NCBI GenBank assembly: GCA_965644265.1
Contig: CBFFRO010000032.1
Coordinates: forward strand, 307-64,000
DNA from: Glycera tridactyla
Taxonomy: Eukaryota
Length of the DNA: 63,694 nucleotides
Direction of reading: 5' to 3'
In this document: positions 34,844 through 48,220 of the stretch, piece by piece
Layout of the letters: every line of letters begins with the position of its first letter
Position numbering within the stretch: the first letter of the stretch is position 1
Made by a program: the position numbers and the translations under genes
Notes under the pieces: generated by a model
Told to the model about the DNA's origin: nothing
Database searches by the model: none
What the model saw: only the letters and a program-made list of their open reading frames with translations

Positions 34844-36326
34844 TGAAGTGGGGGAATTCCACTTCTAAGATGTCAGTTCAAAAGTACTTCTCTATTTTCA
34901 AATATGGTTGTGATCGTATAATTAAGTAATCAATCGGGTTTTCAATCAGTGAGTGAATACAAACTCATCCAAGTAGTGTTACAGTCCAGATTTATTGACA
35001 CACAACAGGTACATGAAGTTGTGGCCAATAATGAGTGGTGTAGACAATAAACTAAATGCTAAGTGCTGTGCTCATGATGAAGGGTGATGTGATGTGTGGC
35101 AGAGATGGAAGCAGAGTGACCCTGAGTTCTATTCTCCCCCTGGTTTGTTGAACACACAGCATCATTGGTAGCATCACACACACACACCCCCAGGAGCATG
35201 TAGAAACATAGCAACCACCAACTCATTATCATGCACACAGAGACACCAAAACTACTCACAGTAAATACAAATGAATACATAGCAAAATAATGATATACGC
35301 ATGAACAATAAGCTTCTCTGTCACAGGATATGAATCTATTATTGGTGCTTATGTTTTCAGGTGGGAAAGGTGATGCTCCATCCATAAATAGTACCAAACA
35401 AAATAATTAGTACAGAACAATTGAAATTATATTTGGGTGTAAAGGGGTGTCTGAGACCAGCTTCCTGGCAACCGTATGCACACTCCTGTACACACATACA
35501 CTCGCATGTAGCAAGTTGGTTACCTGGCATCTGTCTGACATGACAACTTTGTTTGGACATGACTGTGACCATCTAAGTGTGGAATCATTACCAATGATAT
35601 CAATCTTATTTATGATCTTCTGTGGCAGGACTGTGTGGGTTGTGACTGATTAGAGCCCAACCTGTATAAAGAGACTGGTCCTTCAGAAGAGGAAGACATA
35701 CAATAAGATATTGCATATGAGGAAGAATGTCTCCTTGATAGACACAATATCAACAGGCATTTTTCAGCACACATGGAGAGATACTTGAGGGGGGTTCTGA
35801 CTCCCCAACTCAGTAACAGGTCACTGACCTGGTGATGCAGGGCATGCTAGTGCCTGCCTGCTGTACAGGGGGGATGCTGAAACCAGATAACATGTTTGCA
35901 TCTGAAATGAGCTTGTGTCATGGAGTCATGTCCATTCCTTTGTATGTTTGGTGACTATTTCATCAGCTAGGAATTGAAGGAAAATAATGATGAAAATGCC
36001 AGAATTGACATTTCTGCTTGTTTCAAAACAGGAAGTAGAATATAAGATGATGACCATTTCCAGGGAGACAGATTGGTTAAATATAAGATCATAGATTGTC
36101 TCAACTGGAATGAGGTCAGCAATAAGCAATATCATAAAATAGGTCAAGTTAGAATATATCAATCAATAGAATAATTCATATTCAGATCACCTTCCTGTGA
36201 TCAGCTCAACTTCATCAATCAATCAAAAACAAATTTCATCTGGCTGTCAACTTCCTGACATTGACATGGCAACCCACCGGTTCCAGTCAAACCTGTCCTC
36301 TTGACAGCACAGATTTCGGTCCTACA
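34844..36326 (-). repeat. LTR (3'-most), 1483 bp
   Basis: Plus strand TGAAG...CCTACA. Candidate minus-strand AATAAA at 34991-34996. Confidence 0.9.
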
Positions 36327-36346
36327 ACTACTCCCCCCCTCAAAAA
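36327..36346 (-). other. Polypurine tract (second copy at 44144-44163)
   Basis: Minus strand TTTTTGAGGGGGGGAGTAGT immediately before the LTR start TGTAGG. Confidence 0.85.
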
Positions 36347-38311
36347 CAGGCACTAGTGTCTGTATGCCAGCGTCCTCGCTGGTAAAAACTAGAGGGTAGT
36401 ATAAGTAAGACACGTGTGTAGGGCCGTAAATTGTGTATGTGAGCGATGTGTGTGAATGTGGCAAGCAGTATGGTGGCGAGTTGTGTGGTGAGTGTCAGTG
36501 TGTGCGTGTTTGCAGCGGCATTGCGGGAAGGTGGGCTGGTGTAGGCGAGGAAAGGAGTGTTTGCGCGCAAGGAGAGGTTGCGGGTAGGAGCGAGTCGCTG
36601 CGTGTGCGTGCGAATGTTTGGCGGTGAGCCGGTGTGAAATGACTGTAAACATGCTTAGTTGAACTGGCGTGACGCTGTTGCTCGTGGACAGGATGAGTGG
36701 CCCTGTGTGTGTGAATGCGCTTGTGTGTGAAGGCAATGGCATGTGTGAGTGTGCGAACAGGGTGCGTGCGTGTGTGAAAATGCTAGTGTGGCGTTGTGTG
36801 ATGGTTTTTGTGTTGCGGGTATGTGACAAAGTGGACTGAGACGACTGAGAAGACACGCGTCGTCAAGCATGCTCCAAACGTAAAGACCTGTGGTAGAAGG
36901 TTTCACGCGCCAATTTTCCAGCAACATAAGACATGGTGTGTGCAAAATAAAAATAAAAATGCAGCAAACCAAAATGACATGATCAAGTAAACAGACAATG
37001 AAACAATGGCAACAAACTGTGAACTGGTGAATGTGTGAGGGCGGGCGGGATGGTAAATGTAAAGAATAAAACATGTGTGATGAGGTGAGTGTGTGGCGTT
37101 TGTTCATTGGCTGGTTGAGTTAAATAAATGTTCACTGATTTGATGCATCTCTGATCCACACGTCCAGGTGGAACAATCGGCAGGAAGACAAAACTGCGAT
37201 CGGGTCTCCCTGAGTCCGCCGACAGGCTGGTCGGCGTGTCTGTGCGTGAGAACATGAAATAAGGCTGCTGGTTGAACCCACCCCGTTTGTCAAGTGCAAC
37301 CCTTGCACTAGCGCCGAAGCGCTCCTAGAATGGCCATCCCACCCCCTAAAGCAGCATATGAAACCCCAAGTGACCACCATATCAAAAAAGGTGGGGCGGG
37401 TGCGACAAGACAACCCGCTTAATTATATGACTCCAGTGCAGGCATGCGACGATGGCCCTGCTGTCGGTGTAGGCGTGAGGTCGATCTGTTGTGCATGTGG
37501 TAAAAGTGCTCCTGGCTCATCTTTGGCGCCCTCTGGCGGTGATGCGTGTAGTGGATATGTGTCGCTGGTTCAGTCTTTCCTGGCTTTGGCGAGATGGCTG
37601 CGTGTGCTCTGCGCCCGTTTAGCAGTTGCCTCGCCTCCACCTATCACCCCAAAATTGCTAGGTGATTCAAATTTCAATCATATCTGGCTTTAGCAGGATG
37701 GCTGCGTGTGCTCTGCGCCCGTTTAGCAGTTGCCCCGCCTCCACCTATCACCCCAAAATAGCTAGGTGATTCAAATTCCATTCAGTATTCAGTGTTGCAT
37801 CTGGGATGGCTGCGTGTGCTCCGCGCCCGTTTAGCAGTTGTCCCATAGCAACTCAAACAAAAACAATGCAATATACATGTACAAAATATATCGAGCACTC
37901 ATGTGCAACAAAGGCAGGACTGCCTGCCTTCTTCATTTCGCAGTACAGTTCAATTCGATTTGTGGATTCCTGACGAGCCTACTTATTCGTGTCTCAGAAG
38001 CTAGACCTCCTTTGATAAGGCTAGCGTGTGAGCAACCCTCGAGACTTGCTCTGGAATTCCATACAAACACACACATGCATAGATCAATTTACAAAACAAT
38101 GCTTCACAGCTTCCATCTGCCTGAGCTGTACCCTTAGTGAAAAACTGAAGTGTGCTAGTGGAGGATGAACCAACCAGGATTTGTCCCAGCTGGTCAGGGA
38201 TCTGTTCCAGAGACCGGTCAAGATCCTCGGCCAGCAAGTGCCAAATTCTGTCTGGTAATGGAGATGAGTATCTACATATGAGGATGAGTGCAAATCTAAA
38301 CTAGAATAATG

Positions 38312-39085
38312 TAGTGGTGGAACGATGATCAAATCTAGTCGAAAGTCGGTTGGTTGCCGAGCTCAATCAAGCGCTTACTTGCAAAAATCGGTAATCGATC
38401 AAATCGGAACCAAAGAACCTGTCTTCCAACGATGTATTTGCGACAATGACCAAGAAAAAGGGGCGGCGTATTCGTTTATTTATTCGTCGCGCCATCTTGT
38501 CAGGTGAAACTTGCGTGGTCACAAACGAAAACGAAATGCGCAATTCAGTGAAAATCCGTGAGATGGCAGAGTTTGTGGTTGTATTTTCGCAGCGCCACAC
38601 CGTGGCGGGAGATGGAAGAAGATGCGCGAAAGACGATTTCACGGGTGTATGCGCAGGATTTGTTAGTTTCACCAGGGAGGCCAAGTTGTCAACTTCGGCA
38701 CGCAAGATAAATTCAAATATACGTTCATCTGTTCATAGAGGGTAGGAATGTGGCGAAAAGCCATAGTCGTTTACGTCGCAAATCGCAAACGAGGTAGCGC
38801 TTCGTCATCTTTACCATGTTGAATTTTGATGTATTTTGATGGCGACCAAGCTCTTACTTATCCACATGCCATTCTATAAAGACAGCGACTGATTCTTGAT
38901 TACGGGATGAGATTGGGTGCTTCGTTACATTTTAGTTCAAGCTTTGGGGCTTGATGGGGCATTCCAAGCTTACTTCAAGCTTGGTTGAAAAATGTCACCT
39001 TTTACATAACCGATTTCGACTGATGATCAGTTGGTAAGTCCCAACCGATGGTCGATTGCGAATTTGCAACCGATTTCTACCACTA
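38312..39085. mobile_element. hAT-like MITE nested in the LTR element (second copy at 46129-46902)
   Basis: TIR TAGTGGTGGAA / TTCTACCACTA. 8-bp TSD GAATAATG / GAATCATG. Confidence 0.75.
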
Positions 39086-40332
39086 GAATCATGACAATGA
39101 TATGGGGTTAGCTACAGTGCATTGCACTCAGCATAACATGCAATAGGGAGGATGATTCTGTCTAAAGAGGGGAGTACAGGAGTAAGTGTTATGCAGACGG
39201 ACATCTGTACAAACAGGTGAGAATATTTGAATCATTAAACAGTATGGTCTAACTAGTGGTTGTTGAGGTAAATGGCAATTTCTATGACGATTATAATTGT
39301 CATTTCACCTTTTTTTTGTGGGTGAGGAAACAATGCAGTTATTTTTTTTTTTTTTTAAGGAACCGGTATGATACATACTGATGGAATCATTCGGTAGAGT
39401 TGAAAGATGTTAGAGGTTCAAAAACCTACTGACATGCTTGATGAGTGTTGGCAAACATTGACAGGGTAGATGGAACTGTCATGCTGTTGTCATGTGAAAT
39501 ATCATTGAATCATTGAGGAATGTCCTATGATGACAATTTTTGAAAGCAATAATGGATGTGAGGATTTCGGACACATTGAAGTGTGCCGAGAGGTCAGCCA
39601 GTGAGATGTCAAAGACAGCAGTGAAATTAGTTACAGTTTGGTATACCTGCACAAGTAGGAACTGGTATAGGGAAGGCAAACAGGATCGCTGCAGAGATGA
39701 GGTGGTCATGAGAGATATGATAGTGGACACAGCTTGTCATGGATTGTGTGGATTTTGATCATAATTACAAGTGCCTTTTTTTTTGGCAATCAGGATGATT
39801 TATGTGACTTGATGAGTCAATTTGATCATCATAATTTGTCTAATAAATTATGAATATTCTATTCAACACCTGATATGCTTCAACTGCAGCCAGTGCAGGA
39901 TCAGCTATCTGATTCTCTGATTTACTGAGAATTAATTATCCTGGCATGATGACATGCCACAATTCCTCTAGAATGTGTATTAATTGATAGTTTGGTTGAG
40001 CAATGATGATTCAAATCTAGAGAGCCTAAAGATGATTGATAGAGTGATATTGTAAGGATCATGCCTTGAAACAAAGAAATCCACCAATATGAAAGCCCAT
40101 GCCTAATCTGGGTCATAGATTTGATTAAAATATTGTATAAGTTATCTTGTGAGAGACAGATGGGGAAGAAACACCAACTCAATATGTGGATGCCTCGGCA
40201 ATCTCACACATTACATGATCACTAAGAGCAAACATATCAATTAAAGGAGGTGAACAAGGATGATTGTTGCACATATACATTCCCATTGTGATAATACAGA
40301 GTGTACCTCATGTTGCTTCAGAATGTTTCTAG

Positions 40333-40395
<63 letters not shown>

Positions 40396-42642
40396 GTTTT
40401 GAAGATTTATGAGGTGATTATGGTCAAATAGAGGGTTTAAAGACAATTGACACAGTCATGATTAAACCATATGTGATCAGATTGTATAGTGATGACCAAG
40501 ATAGTCCCATGATAATTGTTGCAGCTTATTGGTTCTTGCTAATACTATTTCTAATAGCAATTACCATTGATATCATGGGTAGTGGTAGGTGTTATCAGAC
40601 ATGCAGCCCCTATAGAGTCATGCTTGACTGGAGTTTACCTCTCACTATTCACGAATCCCCTGGGAGATGGTCAGGGGATGCTAGAACAAAATAGCAGAAT
40701 TAGTTCCCCCTCTCTTCTATTCTACACACCAGAGATGAGTGGCACCCTGTAGAAATCATTTGGGGAATTCTGTACAACCCATCTCAACCAGAATAGGGGT
40801 AGAATATCAAGTTTCTGATGCCCTAATGAGATGCAGTAGCTACAGACATACTGGGCTTCTTCAGCTGGTGAAACATGACAAGGCTGGTATTCAAACCTAA
40901 AGATCATCCAACTAGCATGCATAATAGCCACAATGATGAAATTACAGAGGTGTCAAACATTAAACCATTAACATATATATTGTATATCAATTCAGGCAAG
41001 TAAATAGGAAGTCAACCAATTAATATGATCTCCATGAATAGTATAGCATGAGGTGGCTGAACAGTGGATGGATGGATGAACAAATGAATGAATGAAATAA
41101 TAAAATCTGTGAATGGTTGAGTGGGGATGAGTAAAATGATTGAGAAAGATGAGTGAATGATTCAGTGAGATGGAGGAATGATTCAATAAATGAGTGACTG
41201 GATGGATATGTAGATGGAATGGATGAAAAGATGGATGGTTGATTGGCTGGATATGTGGTTGAACACACGAAAAAGAATAGTAAAGGTAGTGAATGATGGA
41301 TATGTCTGTCATGTAACATGGAAAATCCGATAGTTTTTCATGACAGAAGTAACTCTTAACTAGCAATGATACTGGAAGGTCAAACGACTATTTCAAAGAG
41401 AAATATTACAATTTGGCTGATTGTTCCATGTCTTCTCAGCACAATCAAGGCTATACAGAAACATCCATGCAATGGATATGAGTGAGATGTTTCTGGGTCC
41501 CCATCAGAAGTAGTGAGTTCATAAAATTCAGACTAAATTGTCATCTCAGGGCAAACAATGTTGTGATTTACATGTTGACTATAATCAATTATTGAGTTTC
41601 TCGAGTAAAATTGGTCATTGATATTGTTCTCATGATCATAAGTGACTCAAGATGATAAGTGGGTCACTGAGTAAATTCCTGATCAGACAGGTGACATGTC
41701 TGTTCAGTTTGCAAATAATCATTGGTTCAGTTAGAGAATGAACTGAACAGCATATGTGAATGATACAATTATATTTGGATCTGGGTGAGTCATGAATGAA
41801 TGTGCACCTGAATTTTTAGGATTTAGGGATTTTGTGCAGGGATATGGGTCAATTGTGCACTAATGGGGCATGTATTCTTATCATTTAAAACAATACAAAT
41901 ATGAAGACACCTAAGAACCATTACTGCCTATTGATGACAAACTGTGCACAGTTATGACTGGAAACACATCTCTGACAATCGAAACTGCAGGCAAAGCTTT
42001 CTAAGTAAAATCACATCAATATGTTTCACATATGAAAATCATTACACAGAAGGAAAAGTGTGAGAAGATTCAGAACCATCACTGCCTATTGGTTGAAATC
42101 TAGGCTGAGAGCCCAACTCCAACAATCAAAAATGCAGTCAAAGCTTTCTAATAAACCCACATAAATCATTCAAGAACATCTACATTGTTATACAAGGCAA
42201 GACTGGGATCCCTGAAAATAAAGAAATGCTCAGTTCTGTAATATAGTCTCCATAAGCCTGGTCGGCCTGACCAGTTTGCCTGATGAGTGGAGAGTGGGAT
42301 AGTCTCCAGTTACAGTCATAATATGAGATGTTGTTCTCCATAATGCCAGTTTCATTTGGGTCCAAACCTGTCATCGAAATGTCTTGAACTCGGAGTTGAA
42401 GAGATGACCGATGAAGTAGATGACGAGTAAAAGTCAATTCACTGGTGTGAAGTGGATGGAAGTCACAGATGGATAAATAACTTGTCCTGATTTGGCACTG
42501 TATAGTTTGCCAGGTAATGTCCACAGAGAATGTAGTACAACTTACAGTTTGTAGAGAGGAAAATTCCAGAGCATGAGATGTTGCTCAGAGAGTGCTCAGT
42601 CCAATTTTCCATCAAGATCCATGTGTAAGAGACAGTGGTTCG

Positions 42643-42660
42643 ATCCTGGTCACGGCACCA
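42643..42660 (-). other. Primer-binding site complementary to the tRNA-His 3' end (second copy at 50468-50485)
   Basis: Minus strand TGGTGCCGTGACCAGGAT, 2 nt after the LTR end. The plus strand equals ATCCTGGTCACGGCA+CCA, the 3' end of invertebrate (e.g. Drosophila) tRNA-His as recalled. Confidence 0.85.
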
Positions 42661-42662
42661 GA

Positions 42663-44143
42663 TGAAGCGGGGGAATTCCACTTCTAAGATGTCAGTTCAA
42701 AAGTACTTCTCTATTTTCAAATATGGTTGTGATCGTATAATTAAGTAATCAATCGGGTTTTCAATCAGTGAGTGAATACAAACTCATCCAAGTAGTGTTA
42801 CAGTCCAGATTTATTGACACACAACAGGTACATGAAGTTGTGGCCAATAATGAGTGGTGTAGACAATAAACTAAATGCTAAGTGCTGTGCTCATGATGAA
42901 GGGTGATGTGATGTGTGGCAGAGATGGAAGCAGAGTGACCCTGAGTTCTATTCTCCCCCTGGTTTGTTGAACACACAGCATCATTGGTAGCATCACACAC
43001 ACACACCCCCAGGAGCATGTAGAAACATAGCAACCACCAACTCATTATCATGCACACAGAGACACCAAAACTACTCACAGTAAATACAAATGAATACATA
43101 GCAAAATAATGATATACGCATGAACAATAAGCTTCTCTGTCACAGGATATGAATCTATTATTGGTGCTTATGTTTTCAGGTGGGAAAGGTGATGCTCCAT
43201 CCATAAATAGTACCAAACAAAATAATTAGTACAGAACAATTGAAATTATATTTGGGTGTAAAGGGGTGTCTGAGACCAGCTTCCTGGCAACCGTATGCAC
43301 ACTCCTGTACACACATACACTCGCATGTAGCAAGTTGGTTACCTGGCATCTGTCTGACATGACAACTTTGTTTGGACATGACTGTGACCATCTAAGTGTG
43401 GAATCATTACCAATGATATCAATCTTATTTATGATCTTCTGTGGCAGGACTGTGTGGGTTGTGACTGATTAGAGCCCAACCTGTATAAAGAGACTGGTCC
43501 TTCAGAAGAGGAAGACATACAATAAGATATTGCATATGAGGAAGAATGTCTCCTTGATAGACACAATATCAACAGGCATTTTTCAGCACACATGGAGATA
43601 CTTGAGGGGGGTTCTGACTCCCCAACTCAGTAACAGGTCACTGACCTGGTGATGCAGGGCATGCTAGTGCCTGCCTGCTGTACAGGGGGGATGCTGAAAC
43701 CAGATAACATGTTTGCATCTGAAATGAGCTTGTGTCATGGAGTCATGTCCATTCCTTTGTATGTTTGGTGACTATTTCATCAGCTAGGAATTGAAGGAAA
43801 ATAATGATGAAAATGCCAGAATTGACATTTCTGCTTGTTTCAAAACAGGAAGTAGAATATAAGATGATGACCATTTCCAGGGAGACAGATTGGTTAAATA
43901 TAAGATCATAGATTGTCTCAACTGGAATGAGGTCAGCAATAAGCAATATCATAAAATAGGTCAAGTTAGAATATATCAATCAATAGAATAATTCATATTC
44001 AGATCACCTTCCTGTGATCAGCTCAACTTCATCAATCAATCAAAAACAAATTTCATCTGGCTGTCAACTTCCTGACATTGACATGGCAACCCACCGGTTC
44101 CAGTCAAACCTGTCCTCTTGACAGCACAGATTTCGGTCCTACA
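42663..44143 (-). repeat. Shared middle LTR, 1481 bp
   Basis: Near-identical to the other two LTRs. Confidence 0.9.
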
Positions 44144-47100
44144 ACTACTCCCCCCCTCAAAAACAGGCACTAGTGTCTGTATGCCAGCGTCCTCGCTGGT
44201 AAAAACTAGAGGGTAGTATAAGTAAGACACGTGTGTAGGGCCGTAAATTGTGTATGTGAGCGATGTGTGTGAATGTGGCAAGCAGTATGGTGGCGAGTTG
44301 TGTGGTGAGTGTCAGTGTGTGCGTGTTTGCAGCGGCATTGCGGGAAGGTGGGCTGGTGTAGGCGAGGAAAGGAGTGTTTGCGCGCAAGGAGAGGTTGCGG
44401 GTAGGAGCGAGTCGCTGCGTGTGCGTGCGAATGTTTGGCGGTGAGCCGGTGTGAAATGACTGTAAACATGCTTAGTTGAACTGGCGTGACGCTGTTGCTC
44501 GTGGACAGGATGAGTGGCCCTGTGTGTGTGAATGCGCTTGTGTGTGAAGGCAATGGCATGTGTGAGTGTGCGAACAGGGTGCGTGCGTGTGTGAAAATGC
44601 TAGTGTGGCGTTGTGTGATGGTTTTTGTGTTGCGGGTATGTGACAAAGTGGACTGAGACGACTGAGAAGACACGCGTCGTCAAGCATGCTCCAAACGTAA
44701 AGACCTGTGGTAGAAGGTTTCACGCGCCAATTTTCCAGCAACATAAGACATGGTGTGTGCAAAATAAAAATAAAAATGCAGCAAACCAAAATGACATGAT
44801 CAAGTAAACAGACAATGAAACAATGGCAACAAACTGTGAACTGGTGAATGTGTGAGGGTGGGCGGGATGGTAAATGTAAAGAATAAAACATGTGTGATGA
44901 GGTGAGTGTGTGGCGTTTGTTCATTGGCTGGTTGAGTTAAATAAATGTTCACTGATTTGATGCATCTCTGATCCACACGTCCAGGTGGAACAATCGGCAG
45001 GAAGACAAAACTGCGATCGGGTCTCCCTGAGTCCGCCGACAGGCTGGTCGGCGTGTCTGTGCGTGAGAACATGAAATAAGGCTGCTGGTTGAACCCACCC
45101 CGTTTGTCAAGTGCAACCCTTGCACTAGCGCCGAAGCGCTCCTAGAATGGCCATCCCACCCCCTAAAGCAGCATATGAAACCCCAAGTGACCACCATATC
45201 GAAAAAGGTGGGGCGGGTGCGACAAGACAACCCGCTTAATTATATGACTCCAGTGCAGGCATGCGACGATGGCCCTGCTGTCGGTGTAGGCGTGAGGTCG
45301 ATCTGTTGTGCATGTGGTAAAAGTGCTCCTGGCTCATCTTTGGCGCCCTCTGGCGGTGATGCGTGTAGTGGATATGTGTCGCTGGTTCAGTCTTTCCTGG
45401 CTTTGGCGAGATGGCTGCGTGTGCTCTGCGCCCGTTTAGCAGTTGCCTCGCCTCCACCTATCACCCCAAAATTGCTAGGTGATTCAAATTTCAATCATAT
45501 CTGGCTTTAGCAGGATGGCTGCGTGTGCTCCGCGCCCGTTTAGCAGTTGCCCCGCCTCCACCTATCACCCCAAAATAGCTAGGTGATTCAAATTCCATTC
45601 AGTATTCAGTGTTGCATCTGGGATGGCTGCGTGTGCTCCGCGCCCGTTTAGCAGTTGTCCCATAGCAACTCAAACAAAAACAATGCAATATACATGTACA
45701 AAATATATCGAGCACTCATGTGCAACAAAGGCAGGACTGCCTGCCTTCTTCATTTCGCAGTACAGTTCAATTCGATTTGTGGATTCCTGACGAGCCTACT
45801 TATTCGTGTCTCAGAAGCTAGACCTCCTTTGATAAGGCTAGCGTGTGAGCAACCCTCGAGACTTGCTCTGGAATTCCATACAAACACACACATGCATAGA
45901 TCAATTTACAAAACAATGCTTCACAGCTTCCATCTGCCTGAGCTGTACCCTTAGTGAAAAACTGAAGTGTGCTAGTGGAGGATGAACCAACCAGGATTTG
46001 TCCCAGCTGGTCAGGGATCTGTTCCAGAGACCGGTCAAGATCCTCGGCCAGCAAGTGCCAAATTCTGTCTGGTAATGGAGATGAGTATCTACATATGAGG
46101 ATGAGTGCAAATCTAAACTAGAATAATGTAGTGGTGGAACGATGATCAAATCTAGTCGAAAGTCGGTTGGTTGCCGAGCTCAATCAAGCGCTTACTTGCG
46201 AAAATCGGTAATCGATCAAATCGGAACCAAAGAACCTGTCTTCCAACGATGTATTTGCGACAATGACCAAGAAAAAGGGGCGGCGTATTCGTTTATTTAT
46301 TCGTCGCGCCATCTTGTCAGGTGAAACTTGCGTGGTCACAAACGAAAACGAAATGCGCAATTCAGTGAAAATCCGTGAGATGGCAGAGTTTGTGGTTGTA
46401 TTTTCGCAGCGCCACACCGTGGCGGGAGATGGAAGAAGATGCGCGAAAGACGATTTCACGGGTGTATGCGCAGGATTTGTTAGTTTCACCAGGGAGGCCA
46501 AGTTGTCAACTTCGGCACGCAAGATAAATTCAAATATACGTTCATCTGTTCATAGAGGGTAGGAATGTGGCGAAAAGCCATAGTCGTTTACGTCGCAAAT
46601 CGCAAACGAGGTAGCGCTTCGTCATCTTTACCATGTTGAATTTTGATGTATTTTGATGGCGACCAAGCTCTTACTTATCCACATGCCATTCTATAAAGAC
46701 AGCGACTGATTCTTGATTACGGGATGAGATTGGGTGCTTCGTTACATTTTAGTTCAAGCTTTGGGGCTTGATGGGGCATTCCAAGCTTACTTCAAGCTTG
46801 GTTGAAAAATGTCACCTTTTACATAACCGATTTCGACTGATGATCAGTTGGTAAGTCCCAACCGATGGTCGATTGCGAATTTGCAACCGATTTCTACCAC
46901 TAGAATCATGACAATGATATGGGGTTAGCTACAGTGCATTGCACTCAGCATAACATGCAATAGGGAGGATGATTCTGTCTAAAGAGGGGAGTACAGGAGT
47001 AAGTGTTATGCAGACGGACATCTGTACAAACAGGTGAGAATATTTGAATCATTAAACAGTATGGTCTAACTAGTGGTTGTTGAGGTAAATGGCAATTTCT

Positions 47101-48149
47101 ATGACGATTATAATTGTCATTTCACCTTTTTTTTGTGGGTGAGGAAACAATGCAGTTATTTTTTTTTTTTTTTAAGGAACCGGTATGATACATACTGATG
47201 GAATCATTCGGTAGAGTTGAAAGATGTTAGAGGTTCAAAAACCTACTGACATGCTTGATGAGTGTTGGCAAACATTGACAGGGTAGATGGAACTGTCATG
47301 CTGTTGTCATGTGAAATATCATTGAATCATTGAGGAATGTCCTATGATGACAATTTTTGAAAGCAATAATGGATGTGAGGATTTCGGACACATTGAAGTG
47401 TGCCGAGAGGTCAGCCAGTGAGATGTCAAAGACAGCAGTGAAATTAGTTACAGTTTGGTATACCTGCACAAGTAGGAACTGGTATAGGGAAGGCAAACAG
47501 GATCGCTGCAGAGATGAGGTGGTCATGAGAGATATGATAGTGGACACAGCTTGTCATGGATTGTGTGGATTTTGATCATAATTACAAGTGCCTTTTTTTT
47601 TGGCAATCAGGATGATTTATGTGACTTGATGAGTCAATTTGATCATCATAATTTGTCTAATAAATTATGAATATTCTATTCAACACCTGATATGCTTCAA
47701 CTGCAGCCAGTGCAGGATCAGCTATCTGATTCTCTGATTTACTGAGAATTAATTATCCTGGCATGATGACATGCCACAATTCCTCTAGAATGTGTATTAA
47801 TTGATAGTTTGGTTGAGCAATGATGATTCAAATCTAGAGAGCCTAAAGATGATTGATAGAGTGATATTGTAAGGATCATGCCTTGAAACAAAGAAATCCA
47901 CCAATATGAAAGCCCATGCCTAATCTGGGTCATAGATTTGATTAAAATATTGTATAAGTTATCTTGTGAGAGACAGATGGGGAAGAAACACCAACTCAAT
48001 ATGTGGATGCCTCGGCAATCTCACACATTACATGATCACTAAGAGCAAACATATCAATTAAAGGAGGTGAACAAGGATGATTGTTGCACATATACATTCC
48101 CATTGTGATAATACAGAGTGTACCTCATGTTGCTTCAGAATGTTTCTAG

Positions 48150-48220
<71 letters not shown>

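Noticed and set aside
35059-35397. 112-aa hydrophobic ORF in each LTR
   Set aside because: Non-ATG start in the track and no homology recognised. Its conservation only reflects LTR identity. Worth revisiting only if Ribo-seq supports it.
36268-36310. CAGTCAAACCTGTC inside the LTR end resembling the MITE TIR
   Set aside because: No partner TIR or TA flank; may be chance or an old remnant.
38325-38745. Overlapping 60-112-aa ORFs
   Set aside because: They lie in a GC/CpG-rich MITE interior with no transposase motifs.
42637-42660. tRNA gene
   Set aside because: Only the 3' 18-24 nt including CCA are present. This is a PBS, not a gene.
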